Positions 34,658 through 46,694 of a stretch of 64,000 bases of DNA are shown here, one piece after another (the stretch's first letter is position 1; each line of letters starts with the position of its first letter). The notes under the pieces are model-generated. The model saw only the letters and a list, made by a program, of their open reading frames with translations, was not told the DNA's origin and did not search any database. Origin of the DNA: Elsinoe ampelina (Eukaryota); NCBI GenBank assembly GCA_010093995.1, contig ML992504.1:124001-188000 (forward strand). The letters run 5' to 3'. The position numbers were made by a program, and so were the translations under genes.

Positions 34658-37417
34658 TCAAAACCAGTCACTCGTGCCCATACCCATGCCGCTGTTAGCA
34701 TTGCCAAAATTCGACCATGTTGACCCTGTCCAACCAGGAGCCTGGCCACCTGTTCCAGCTGCTGGATCAACATCCATGCCATACTGTCGTACCATGCTGT
34801 CGAAATTGGCCCAGTCCAGATCCCCGTTGGCATCAAAGGTCATGTTCACATCGCCACCAATCTGACCGGGTTCGGCCATGGGCATTGGTGAGAGGCCAAA
34901 GTTGTTCGGGTTGTCTACACCAAAGGCACTTAAATTGTTGTTGCCTACGTCGACGCCCGCTGTGCCCATGTTTGGCCATGTTGATACCGAGGTGAGAGTA
35001 TTTGGCGTAGGTTGCGGTATTGAGCTTTGGGAGAAGGACCGAGGTGATTCTGTTTGTTGTGTCGATGTCATACCTATCTGATCTTGCATTTGTGGTCCAA
35101 CGGACCCAGGTGATTGAAGCAGCTTGTGGGAATGTGTCATTCTAGATCCAAACGTGGGCTGTGGCGTAGACGTTCCGGATGCTAAACTTCGGTGCAGTGG
35201 TGAGGTCGACGACCTCGATCCCTGTCTGGACATGTAGTCGAGCACCGACCCTGGTAGGATCTGACCAGAAGGGCTCTCACCCGAAGTAGGTCCCGTCTGC
35301 TCAGTCCGACCTTCTTCTTCCAGTGCCTTCAGCCTTGCAGCGACAGCCTTTTGGTGAAGCCGCTCCAAGGGTCGCCAAAGCACACCGGACCTACCAGCTT
35401 CATCCTTCATGTCGCCCCACCTACCATCCCGGATCTTGTTGATGGCAAGCCACGCCCTTTCCACCAGAGGGCCCTTAGTCTTTTTCGTGAGTTCGTTCAG
35501 TATGAAGGCCATGGCGTGCCACTGCATGTACGTCTTGAACAGCCAACCCCACTTCATGGTCCTCGTTTCCGTCTCCAGGAGGAGGGCGTACTCGATGTTT
35601 TCCAGACTAGTGAGGAAGAGCTTATCCTTTATATCCTGAGGCAAAGTACTACCACCATCCTGTCTCTGGTAGGGGTGATACACGATCAGCCACATTTTGG
35701 ACATGATAAGCCGGGCCACCGTGGCGGTGACCCAATACAGTGGTACGGTCATATCGCAGTGCTTCAAATATTTCTCTTCCAGCATATCATGACATTCCTG
35801 GATCCACTTCTCCTTTTCCTCGCGACTGACTGTGGTGTAGAAGTTGTTACAGCCTTTCGGTCCTGGCGGGACGTAGTTGAGGCGGCGGAAAGTATTGGCT
35901 ACCTCAAAGCGGATTAGGCAGAATGACATGTCAGTACAGCCTCGATGTTCGTTTGGGAAGTCCTTCATGCCCGGGTGCATGTCGGCGTCGTTGATGTTGA
36001 GTGGCATCTTTGTGTCGAATGACTGCTCGACTATGGTAGGATCACAGCCATGATCCTCCGAAGCGCGCACGTCTAGGATGCATATCTGCCACCATAGACG
36101 TCTACGCATCTCGACTTCGAAAGGCGGTAATCCAAAGTGTGTTCCATCGCGGTGAATGCCAACAGTTTGACTCATGCGTACTAGGAGCCCAGTCAGGGTC
36201 CAAATCACCCGAGCATCGCTGTTGCGACGTAGACACATCAGGAATATGACAAAAGCTTGTAAGATGACAAGCTCCTCCGCCGTTAGGAAGTTGGCCCGCG
36301 CGAGTGCCTGTTCAACTGCGAAGCGATATCTCGAAAGTAACACAGATCGATCCTCGCCTAGCTTGGATAAACATTCTTCTGGCGACAGGCTGGTAGTTGC
36401 TCCATAGTAGATTGCGAACAATAGTGCCTCAAAGCCCTTCGATAGATTGGCAAGGTGAGACGCGGAGGTCAGTATGGTGGGAGTGATGCTGGGAATATGC
36501 AGGACCTTGACCAATGGATCGACCCTGTCTTTATAGATTGACCAGTATGTTTCGATCTGCGCAGGTATCGGATGCAGAGCTAGCATATCGACGCTCTGTG
36601 AACTGAAGCTGAACATCCAACCCTGGTGGTGTCCCGGTACATGGGTATGCGATCCAGGCGAGGCGTCATCCTCATCATCCGACTCTTCGTTCAGGATGCC
36701 TTTGAGATCTTCCACCTCATTACTGAGACTTGCCCAGAAGGAGGTATTGACATAGCGGGACCGACCTTCACTGACGACTAAGCGGCCAAACCGATGCTCC
36801 AGCTGCTTGGGATTTCTGGTACCCTCGGGCCCCTCATCTCGAGACAAGGTGTAGTCCTGACTGCGTCTCGTCGGGTGCTCGGAATGCGGCGAGCTACCTG
36901 TACTGTGATCCTCATGTATCCTAGCATCTTTGGCTGTGTGTTCCCCTGATTGTCCTCCGGAAGTGTCAACGTCGACCCCCAAACCCTTGACGACACCTTC
37001 CAAGCGCCTCAGTCGCTCGAGTAGCTCGCTGTCTCTACCATCAGTATGCTTGCGTGGTCGCCGCGGAGCTCGTCCAGGTGTGGGAAAGACACAGTCGATG
37101 TGTGCCCTGACGCAGTTGGCGCATGGATGTGACTTGTCACACTTGACCTTTCTACGGCGACAAGTGACGCAAGAGCGGGGATTAAGAACGCGTCCATGGG
37201 AGTCTACCACGGGGGCGGGTGGCTGAGACGTCGAGTTGGACCTATTTGGAGGAGGTGTGTTCGTCTTATGAGATTGAGATCCGTCTTGTACACCCAGGGC
37301 TTGCAGCGAAGCACGATGCGATGCCTCGGGAGTAGACGTGTTCGTGACGCCGTTTGTACCTGAGTGGGGGAGCGGATCAGGTCCGTTGAAGTCGAAAGGC
37401 GCCGAAGTATCAGACAT
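34658..37417 (-). CDS. Zn(II)2Cys6 transcription factor with fungal TF middle-homology domain
   Basis: CVTCRRRKVKCDKSHPCANCVRAHIDC; VDPLVKVLHIP; GIHRDG...EMRRRLWWQICILD; DTKMPLNIND. Most likely AUG at 37417 (MSDTS); the ORF track extends to a GTG at 37477. Confidence 0.93.
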   Translation of the reverse strand: MSDTSAPFDFNGPDPLPHSGTNGVTNTSTPEASHRASLQALGVQDGSQSHKTNTPPPNRSNSTSQPPAPVVDSHGRVLNPRSCVTCRRRKVKCDKSHPCANCVRAHIDCVFPTPGRAPRRPRKHTDGRDSELLERLRRLEGVVKGLGVDVDTSGGQSGEHTAKDARIHEDHSTGSSPHSEHPTRRSQDYTLSRDEGPEGTRNPKQLEHRFGRLVVSEGRSRYVNTSFWASLSNEVEDLKGILNEESDDEDDASPGSHTHVPGHHQGWMFSFSSQSVDMLALHPIPAQIETYWSIYKDRVDPLVKVLHIPSITPTILTSASHLANLSKGFEALLFAIYYGATTSLSPEECLSKLGEDRSVLLSRYRFAVEQALARANFLTAEELVILQAFVIFLMCLRRNSDARVIWTLTGLLVRMSQTVGIHRDGTHFGLPPFEVEMRRRLWWQICILDVRASEDHGCDPTIVEQSFDTKMPLNINDADMHPGMKDFPNEHRGCTDMSFCLIRFEVANTFRRLNYVPPGPKGCNNFYTTVSREEKEKWIQECHDMLEEKYLKHCDMTVPLYWVTATVARLIMSKMWLIVYHPYQRQDGGSTLPQDIKDKLFLTSLENIEYALLLETETRTMKWGWLFKTYMQWHAMAFILNELTKKTKGPLVERAWLAINKIRDGRWGDMKDEAGRSGVLWRPLERLHQKAVAARLKALEEEGRTEQTGPTSGESPSGQILPGSVLDYMSRQGSRSSTSPLHRSLASGTSTPQPTFGSRMTHSHKLLQSPGSVGPQMQDQIGMTSTQQTESPRSFSQSSIPQPTPNTLTSVSTWPNMGTAGVDVGNNNLSAFGVDNPNNFGLSPMPMAEPGQIGGDVNMTFDANGDLDWANFDSMVRQYGMDVDPAAGTGGQAPGWTGSTWSNFGNANSGMGMGTSDWF

Positions 37418-38534
37418 GATGGTGAAATTGACAGAGCTGTCGTCGCCGCGGTGGATGCTTGTTCCACTCGCGGCCACACCGGCTCACTTGTACATTCTTC
37501 AGTTGCAGGAAGATGAGAAGGAAGACTTTGGTAAGTGTCAGAGGCTTTCGAGATTGCAACGGCCGCAACACGACCCTGACCTTGCGAACAGGTTCTGACA
37601 ACGGATCTTGCCGCACGTAAAGGTTCGCACGCGCAAAAGAATCTTGGAGATAGAAAGTGATTTGCTGTCAGCGCATGAGTCTTTTTTAGCCAGATCTGCA
37701 AGGCCCTAGGACGGACCTTCCTGGTTGCTGCGGGGCATCATCGTGAAGCAGCAGAGAACCGAACAGTTCCAGATCCACCTTAAGTTACCGTGTGTACATT
37801 GCCAATCCAGGGACGACGCTCGCTGCCATCTGCAATGCTCGAGATATGGCTATTGTCTTGCAATCGACCTTTCCAAAGAGAAAGTCTAGCAATCGGAGTG
37901 ACCTGTGAGCACTTGAGCGTGGGACATGCCGCTAGAAAGGCTAGAAGGCCACTAAGGACAGTAGGCCTGAATGCCACTGTACTGGTGGGGTCAGTCCTGT
38001 TGCGAAAAGTACCCTTGGTAGTCGTCGGGGAAGGGAATATATGGACATGCCTTGAGAAGAAATAGCGATCGAAAGCAAATAGTCAGCATGCTTCGTGCTA
38101 TCCTTGCGACAAAGGGCCCGGCTCGGTGCAATCTCCCCTTCTGATCGTCCTGTCAATCCAGCCTGGATTGATCTGCATCATCTGTACCAGTTGGAACTCA
38201 TTGCGACGTTGGTCTACTGTACCTCTCAGTGCTTTCCCCGCGTACCGAACCCTGACAACGCACATTTCACCTTGCTCCAACTCTTCCCTTTGTGCCAGCC
38301 TTACAGCGTGACATTTCTAATTCGATCTGGTTTGGACGTTGCACGCGAGCAGATGTCGACACAAGACTGCTGCAGAGCTCGATGAGAGTGAGCAATGACT
38401 GTGGACTGGAGACTTGACCCTTGAACATCAGCTACCGCCAGGGGACGCTATTCTCAACCACCAGAGCTCGCCAGAGACAGTTTGGTTTCGAGCAGCTTCT
38501 TGGTGGAGGGCTGTATCCATTGCGACCATTCAGT

Positions 38535-41365
38535 ATGCGTCGTGGACGTCATGCGCAGGCTGCAAAGGCCAATGCGTCTCCAGAAATGATATCGCCGGTG
38601 CGGGCCTACTACTCAGAGTCCAATCTGGCACGACCCGTCAGACCCTCGCCATTAACCGCGTCGACAATCGAAGGCTTGCCTCTTGAGCTACTAGACAGGC
38701 TCCGCTCGTTCCCTCTCTTCGCGTCTGCGCCAGACTCCTTTCTTACTGCCATTGGCAAATCCCTTAGACCTCAACTTCATCAGCCACACGACCCTATCTT
38801 GGTTGAGGGTGAAGATGCGCGATCCATGTATTGGTTGGTGCGTGGCTCTGTCAGGGTCACCTCAAGAGATGGAGAAAGTACATACGCCGAGCTGAAGCCG
38901 GGCGCCTTCTTCGGAGAGATTGGCATCCTGATGGACATTCCTCGCACAGCTAGCATTTCGGCGAGCGCTAGATCACTCGTGGTCCGGCTGAACAAGGAGG
39001 ACCTCCAGAAAGAGTTCCCAAACTACCCCGCTGTCGAGAGGGCTATCAGGGAAGAGGCTGTTGAGCGACTGGCCATCCTGGAACAGAAGAAGAAGCAGGG
39101 GTCACATTCAGTGACAAGCGGAAGCTCTTTGAGGAAGCGATCGAGAGACTACATGTCTGGTGACATCGAAATGGGGGATGCGCACGACGTGACTGAGATT
39201 GAATACCTGGCGGCGAAGAAACGGAAATCTCCCAGTCCCAGCATCGCCGAAGCAGCAGCATCTAGTGCCTTTGGCAAGTCGTCAATGCCCATTCGCCAAA
39301 TACTCCAGAGCTTCCCACTCTTCTCGAAACTGCCATCGGACATTCTGCATTTCCTAGGTGTCAATGCACAGCCGTGCACATTCCCTCCCTTCACCGAGAT
39401 CATCCAGCAAGGCACCAGTGGCCGCGAGGTCTACTTCATCGTCCAAGGTGAAGTCGAAGTTCTCACCGATGCTCACGGACCAGATTCTGTCATGGGAGGC
39501 GTTGACATATCTGACTCTTCTCGTCCAGTGCAAAAGGTGCGAGCGCGGTTCAGACAAGGTCAATACTTTGGCGAAGTGGCGAGTTTGCTGCTGGCGCCCA
39601 CCCGAACAGCTACGGTTCGGTCTATCGACAAGGTCGAATGTTTGCGCGTGACGGGAGAAACGCTGGATGAGTTGTGGCAAAAAGCCTCACCATATGTCAG
39701 ACAAATGATGGAAGTCGAGGCGAAGAAAAGACTGGACGGAGCATTCACACCAGGCGAGGCACAACTTGAGCCATTCTTCTCAACACCTTTCAAGGACACT
39801 TCCCAGAGGCGCATCACACCTACAGTCACGTTCAGCGAAGTTGGCTTCGAAGCGCCATCCATCTCAGAGCCGTCTCCTCCAGTTCAGGAACCCATGGACC
39901 CAGACCCATTCTTTGGCACTGAGCTTGATGTTCCTCGCATGAAGTCCAGGCGCAGCTCTTTAGCACCTCCTGATCCCGAAGCCGAATCGCTACTCTCCCA
40001 GGACTACGAGCCGGCAAAACCATCACCTCTTGGTTTGGGCGCAGTCTCCGTATCACCTCGCAAGATGCGATCGGCGCAGACTTCGGCACCACCCTCACCG
40101 TCACTTTCACCTGGTCAACCAGCAACCAAAGTGCCCTCTTTCCCAAGCAAGGCCGGAAAGGGCATACTCCCAGACACCATCCTCGTACTGGTTCTCCAGC
40201 AATTGAACTTACCTCAGCTCATGCGTATGCGCCGTGTGTCACTACATTGGCACCACCTCTGCATGACCCACCCGGACCTCGTCAATCATCTGGATCTAGC
40301 CAGCTGCAATCGATGGGTAGACGATCAAGCACTTGTCAAGTACATTGCACCATTTGTCGGATCACGCCCTCGTTATGTCAACATGAATTCCTGCTTCCAC
40401 GTCACAGATGAGGGATTCTCAGCCCTGGCCGCCGCTTGCGCTTCGAACGCTCGGATCTGGAAGATGAAGTCGGTATGGGACGTGACCGGAAATTCCATTC
40501 TTGAGCTTGTGTCTAAAGCGCCCCACTTGGAAGAGATCGATCTCAGCAATTGCCGTAAGGTCGGCGACAATCTGCTAGCCAGAATCGTTGGGTGGATCAC
40601 ACCTTCCCAGCCGCCTGGAAATGCTTCCACGATTGGTCTTGGGATTGCCACGCAAAACAATGCCAACAATGCCGCTGCCAACACGTGCGGCTGCCCAAAC
40701 CTAAAGCGGATAACACTCAGCTACTGCAAACATGTCCAAGACAGATCGATGGCACACATCGCTCAACACGCGGCGAAGAGGCTAGAAGTCATCGACCTTA
40801 CTCGCTGTACTAGCGTGACTGATCATGGATTTCAACAATGGGGCATGCACACCTTCCCACTATTGAGGAAACTGATTCTGGCCGACTGTACTTACCTGAC
40901 TGACCAAGCCATCGTCGCCATTGCCAACGCAGCAAGGAATTTGCGGGAGCTTGATCTGGTAAGCATATATTCACCATGAAAAACAAGCTTGACTAACAGC
41001 GACAACAGTCATTCTGCTGCGCTCTTTCCGATACTGCCACCGAAGTCCTTTCACTTGGTCTCACTCAGCTCACGCATCTAGATCTGGCATTTTGTGGCTC
41101 GGCTGTATCGGACTCATCATTGCGCTGCATCGGCCTGCATTTGCTTGAACTCCGATTTCTCTCTGTGAGGGGCTGTGTGCGCGTCACTGGACAGGGTGTT
41201 GAGGCTGTGGTCGAAGGCTGCAGAAGTCTAGAAGTGTTTGATGTCAGTCAGTGCAAGAACTTGGGCAGCTGGCTTGTACTTGGAGGTATTCAGAACTTGA
41301 GAAGTAAGGGGTGTAGAACAAAGTTTGATCTTGTGGCCGATGGGAGTTGGAGGGCAGTGATCTGA
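38535..41365 (+). CDS. Protein with two cyclic-nucleotide-binding domains, an F-box and AMN1/FBXL-type leucine-rich repeats
   Basis: FFGEIGILMDIPRTASI and YFGEVASLLLAPTRTATV phosphate-binding cassettes; LPDTILVLVLQQL...MRRVSLHW F-box; Cys-containing LRRs (LEEIDLSNCRKVGD, LKRITLSYCKHVQD); intron 40959-41008. Confidence 0.9.
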
Positions 41366-42347
41366 TGGATATACCACGACTTGTGAATGACACAATATGA
41401 CTTGGGGAAATGGTTGGAGTACATCGTCAACACATGCAAGATATGGAGATGCATCAGCGTGGGCAAGGGAGACATCTAGCCAAATACCGCATTCAAGGAG
41501 GCCTTGAAGTCATCAATGCGATCAGTTTACCCGATGGACTAGAGCTAATGACTAACATCTTGACCGTTTGAGAGTGTGAACAAAGATTCGCCTCTTTATC
41601 CCTCTATCTTGTCCACAAACTAATCATTCGGATAGTACTACCCGATCGAGTAGAAGATCTTCACCCGATCCGGGCAAAAGATACAGGGCCTACAGAAATT
41701 CGCGGACCTCAGAGCTTCAAGGTCGCAATCCTAACACCTCTAGCCGCTCGACAAAGCTCGCTTGTCCGTCGCGAGGGTAGCAATGAGCGCCTCTTAATAA
41801 GCACCAAGATCATTTATGATTCTCGAGGTCGTCGAATTTCGGTGAGCAGATGGCGCTGTATCGATCGAATGCTGATGATATCTAACACCCAGTCACGACG
41901 TAGAAGAAGCCGTCTTGAAGCGTGAGAATGAAGCAGACCGCGCTTCTTGCGATTCACTCTTTATGCAAGTATGGGGAGCAACTTACTTGTCTATTCGAGG
42001 TTCGCGGTGCCGCGTGGATGACAGCCCAACTACAGTGAGTATGGAGGCGTAGTCAAGCGCATGTTGGACAAGATCAGAGCCAAAGCAACACGTATATATA
42101 TCCGGTTCTTTTCTGGATGATGCAACAGACATAACGGCATCAACAGCGCTCGCATATGTGGGAAAATGTTTGCAGGGAAGTAATGCCCGAAAGTGCAATG
42201 GTAAAGTGCCTAGGTATGTAAAGTCTCGCCCCACGGGTTCGGTTCAAGGTGTTGACGCCGCTTCCGTCCCAAAGACATACTTATCTTACTGTATCGCATA
42301 TCTTGCTTGCACGACCGTGTTTCTCTATCTAGCACTGGACCTTCGAG

Positions 42348-44399
42348 ATGAAGCGGGCTCGATCCACAAAGTCGCACGGCGGCTGTGCTCGCTGCAAATC
42401 GAAGCGGATGAAATGTGACGAGACAAAACCACAGCGTCGAGCTTGCCAACGAGCTGGAGCAGAGTGTCCCGGATTTGTACCACAGTACAGATGGTCGAGG
42501 AAGCACGAGAAGTTCTCGCAGCTGACCGTCCGTCCAGCAGAGTCCTCGATCAACAGTAGCACCCCAGACGAACCCATGCAGGATGAAACTACCCCGGCTG
42601 AGCAATCCGAGAACCTATTTGACCCGCACTCCATCATAACAACTTCGGATGAGGTCACCGCTCCAGGGACGGCCGAACCCAATCCACTCGTCATTGGCAC
42701 TCCAGGTGGCTCGAGTTTGCCGTCCAACCTGGACAATCACATTTTCGACTGGCTAGACATGGACATGGGGGGCTTTGACGACTTGTCCTTGTCAATGATA
42801 CAGCAGAGCCTTGCACTGGCCGAGAATCATTCTGTCGACTAACTTCCCGGTCAAGATACCTTTGCACCAACACCACTACAGATCAACAATGATGGCATTT
42901 CTGTTACTGCATTTCCGAGACAGTCATCACCAACAGTCAATGACCCAGTCACTGTATTCGAAGGTAGACAGCCCACTATGACATTGAGTATTTCGCATCC
43001 ACAGCATATGAGCTTACCGCCTACCAGTGGCTTGCTTGGGACCTTTTACAGACTCTCATTACCCAGCACCACAGCGAGGTTCTCTGGTGAAGATCTGCTC
43101 GACTATTACTTCACCGAAGTTTGCCCATTGTACTCCTGCTTCGACGGCGAATGCAATCCTTTCCGCACCATTGTCCGCGAGCTGTGGAAGACATCAGCCA
43201 CTGTGTACCTTCCTATACAAAGCATGGCTGTGGCGACCATATCGAATCACTATCTCTACATGGCTCCGATCGGGCATGCAAAAAAGTCGCAAGCCTGGAA
43301 ATCGCTCCAACTTGACCTCCGTCTTCATCGGGCAGGCAAGCTCTCCCTTGAGACCGTCTTGATGGGGCTCCTTCTGTTAGGCCTCTCCTCTCCGTGGCAC
43401 AGACCGGCAGATTTGGGACTGAAGCATCTCTTCATAGCTCGTAATCTTGTACAAAACTACCTTCGCGGTGACGGTACTCATGTGCCGATGAAACATGAGG
43501 CCTTCTTCATGGATGCCCTCATGTACTGGGAGATGCTAGCGAGCTTTGTGGATCCGGTGCCTTTGATGACTTTTCCAGGATTCGGAGCACCAACGCCACA
43601 GATCCACAAAGATGACACGCAAGTGTACCCGCATCCTTGGACTGGCGTCCAACCTAAAGTACACTTCGCTATTGCAGAGATCGGACGACTTCTTCGACGG
43701 CGTCGAAGACAACAAGCTGCTCTCGTCAAGACACCTCCCGGTCCAGGACAGAAAGATTGGTGTCAGGACGATGAGTCCTGGGCCGTAGATCTCGAGCGCT
43801 ATCTCAAAAACATACATATCCCCGGAGTAGCCAACATCGCCGAGTACGATGATGAAGAAACGCCGAAGCTAGACTTGGTGAAGACTGCTCAAGCTAACAG
43901 ACTTATGGGCCTCCTAGAGCTCTATGCAGCTTTTTCCCAGAGACTTGAGAAGGAACTCAGCACTGACTCAAACTTCTCCGCTTCATTCGGTGATGACTTT
44001 ACCACTTCGTTAGACCACACCTCCTACTGCAGCATTGTTGAATCATGGCTATGCACCATGGCTCTTCACACACTGCACCATTTGCAAGACATAGCCATCA
44101 GCTCCTCCGCCTGTCGTTCACATCCCTTGGTACTGCTCTCCTGCGCCTCGCAACTTCGCCTACCAGACAAAGCCACACCTGGAGACGAAGCCTCCGATAG
44201 ACGGCAGGAACAAGTATCCGGCGCGCGAGAGTGCATTGAAGCGAGAGTCTTAGCACTATCGAGGAATAATCCTCAAAAACAGCAGCTCCAGATACTGGAT
44301 ATCATCGAGGAAACGTGGCAAAGACTCGATGACAAGAGTGCAAACGCCCATTGGCTGGAGGTGACTCATGATAACGGGTGGCAGACCATGATGGGCTGA
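42348..44399 (+). pseudogene. Zn2Cys6 / Fungal_trans_2-type transcription factor, apparently disrupted
   Basis: ORFs 42348-42842 and 42978-44399 share a frame, separated by a single TAA (42840-42842); the fourth Zn-ligand Cys is Arg (CGT); the downstream part has YYFTEVCPLYSCFDGECNPFR, YWEMLASF and HPWTGV motifs. Confidence 0.7.
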
Positions 44400-44423
44400 A
44401 ATAGAGCGCAAGGACATGTTTAG

Positions 44424-45059
44424 ATGAGTAACGACGATGAACGAACGATGGAATCTCTCCCGCAGGTCAGAATTGTTGATGCTTCTTCTTCCGTTGTTGA
44501 AGTTGATCCATGTCATTCGAATGCTAGGTATCCCATTCTACCCAGCATTATACCAACCCCGAAACTCTATCCACCCGTTCTCCACCATGGACAAGTTCAG
44601 CCCAGGATTGGCATCAACGTCGATACTAATGGTATACTAATGGTATACATGGCGAACGGACCAAGGCGGCGTCAGCACACGACTCATCAACCAGAACTTG
44701 GACGTGCTCAAGAACAAAGCCACACAATTTCGGCAGCCAAGGCCTCGACCGCCGCCGAAACATTGAGCAAGGCGAGAGCCGCCGCGCAGAACAAGCTTTT
44801 CGACATTGTTCAGTTGCAGAAGGAAGCTGGTGATGCGAACTTGAATGCCGAGGAGAGACAGAACTCTAAGGACAAGATCGAGAGGAAGTACGCCGAGCTC
44901 AAGGAATTGCAGGACAACGCACAAGCAGCCAAGAAGGCGAAGAACGCTGCGGACAAAGCTGTAAAGGATACGGCGAGCGATGTCGAGAAGCGAAAGAAAG
45001 AACTTGCCGAGATGCGCAAGAAGACCGGAGAGGCCCGGAAGAAGGCTGCGGAGGAGTAG
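44424..45059 (+). CDS. Hypothetical Lys/Ala/Glu-rich coiled-coil protein (5' end uncertain)
   Basis: The 3' ~115 codons have coding-like codon use (AAG/GAG/GCC) and helical composition; the 5' part looks non-coding or degenerate. Confidence 0.45.
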   Translation: MSNDDERTMESLPQVRIVDASSSVVEVDPCHSNARYPILPSIIPTPKLYPPVLHHGQVQPRIGINVDTNGILMVYMANGPRRRQHTTHQPELGRAQEQSHTISAAKASTAAETLSKARAAAQNKLFDIVQLQKEAGDANLNAEERQNSKDKIERKYAELKELQDNAQAAKKAKNAADKAVKDTASDVEKRKKELAEMRKKTGEARKKAAEE

Positions 45060-45182
45060 TAGAGGAGATTTGCGTGAGCCGAGAATCTGGTCATTGTATA
45101 GTCGCACATAGCGTCGTGACCCAACAAGTCTTTTAGTAGTACGCTCAAAGTTCTACATATCAAGACCATTCCACTGGTCCCA

Positions 45183-46694
45183 TTATGTATGGTTCTCCCG
45201 CGCTCGTTTTGTTCTCCTTGCTTCTCGCCTAGCCAAACCTCTTGCCTCCTTGTTCTTCTGACTTTGCGACACAGCAATCTCCACAGGCACTTCCTCGAGC
45301 GTGGCGCTCCGGCGACGCCGCGTCCCACGTATCATTGGGAACGAGGTCTCGCCTTTGAGAACATGTTGAAGCCCATTTGTGTATACGTCGTGCATGAACA
45401 GGGAATTATACTTGCCTGAAATGCCGCGGAATAGATCTTCCAGCATTTCGGCAACCATGAGATCCCACTCCGGTGCCTCCCCTATATCGCTCCAGAGCAT
45501 TTCGAAATTGACCAGGAGACTCCAAAGTCCTCTGAGGAACTCTTTCAGCGCAGCAGCACTGCCTGGCCGCGCCACAGGATTGATAGCCTCCTCATCACAA
45601 CCGGACTCTCGGGCATTCATGATGTCAACTTCCGTGCGGTTCAGTCGCACCTCCTGATCTTGAGATGGCTGGCCGAGGGGTTGTGAAATGCTGTCGGCAC
45701 AAGATATGGTAAAGTTCTCGTTCTTGGCCGGATACAGGTATGGGACGTACATGGTAGATTGAGGATGGTGACTGTGACCCTTGTTGACCAGATGCAACAG
45801 TCGGCGCCAGCTTCTTGTGTTCATGTACTTCGGCCTTGGGAACAGCGGGTCTCGGATGAGCCGTTTGGCCCAGACGTCGATGAATGGTGTGCTTTGGTCT
45901 TCGTCGCATACCCTAGAACCAGCTTCTCTCATGGTGTAGACCAGGTTGAAGTAGATATAAGCCTGCAGCGCAGCTTCAATGATGCATACAATACCGCTCT
46001 CCATGTTGCAGCACTGATCGCATTCAGAAGTCCAGGCTTTGATTGAGTCTTGTAGGCGAGGGTGATGGACAAGTAGGAACAACGTGTCTAGATGCTCCCG
46101 CTCTTTTGAGCTGCCAGCGTTTCGGACAGTCTGACGAAGCTTGAGCGGGGTGGTACACATTGCGGCGTCCATCATCAAGAGCTTGATAACATCTGTCCAA
46201 GCACCGACCCAAAGGTCTCTTGTGTACCAATATGGAGAGGTTGCAACAGGCCTACCAGACTCATCGAGGACACCTGGAGCCCACAGTCTACTTCCTTCCA
46301 GCCAGTTGTCAATGTTCTGAGTATTTCCACGCAAAGTATCTTGAGAATCCATTGCCCAGCGTGCTGTCCAGACATTTTTGTCGTGATCAGAATAGACCTT
46401 TCTTGTTTCCGCTTGCTTAGCCTGGCGTCGTCTTGTGCTAGTCCCCTCATACTGCTGCGAGGTCATCCATGTAGAGGCACGCTGACGAGAGTCCTTGGCT
46501 GGGGCGTATTTGCGTCGTTCGATGCCGGCATTCTCACGCAGATTCGTGGCAAAGACCTTGGCGAAGTGGACCAACGACTTTGGCTGTGTTGGCAGATCTA
46601 ACGCCCAAATGTCCAAATTGTTGCCAGCATTCCTCTTGACATCGAAATTGCTAGCAAGACTGCCCCACGGGAGATTGTGTGCTTGGTGTGCCAT
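45183..46694 (-). CDS. Hypothetical protein beginning MAHQAHNLPW
   Basis: ~500-codon open frame; the N-terminus resembles uncharacterised Pezizomycotina proteins (from memory); internal CDQCC motif; basic C-terminus. Confidence 0.7.
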   Translation of the reverse strand: MAHQAHNLPWGSLASNFDVKRNAGNNLDIWALDLPTQPKSLVHFAKVFATNLRENAGIERRKYAPAKDSRQRASTWMTSQQYEGTSTRRRQAKQAETRKVYSDHDKNVWTARWAMDSQDTLRGNTQNIDNWLEGSRLWAPGVLDESGRPVATSPYWYTRDLWVGAWTDVIKLLMMDAAMCTTPLKLRQTVRNAGSSKEREHLDTLFLLVHHPRLQDSIKAWTSECDQCCNMESGIVCIIEAALQAYIYFNLVYTMREAGSRVCDEDQSTPFIDVWAKRLIRDPLFPRPKYMNTRSWRRLLHLVNKGHSHHPQSTMYVPYLYPAKNENFTISCADSISQPLGQPSQDQEVRLNRTEVDIMNARESGCDEEAINPVARPGSAAALKEFLRGLWSLLVNFEMLWSDIGEAPEWDLMVAEMLEDLFRGISGKYNSLFMHDVYTNGLQHVLKGETSFPMIRGTRRRRSATLEEVPVEIAVSQSQKNKEARGLARREARRTKRARENHT

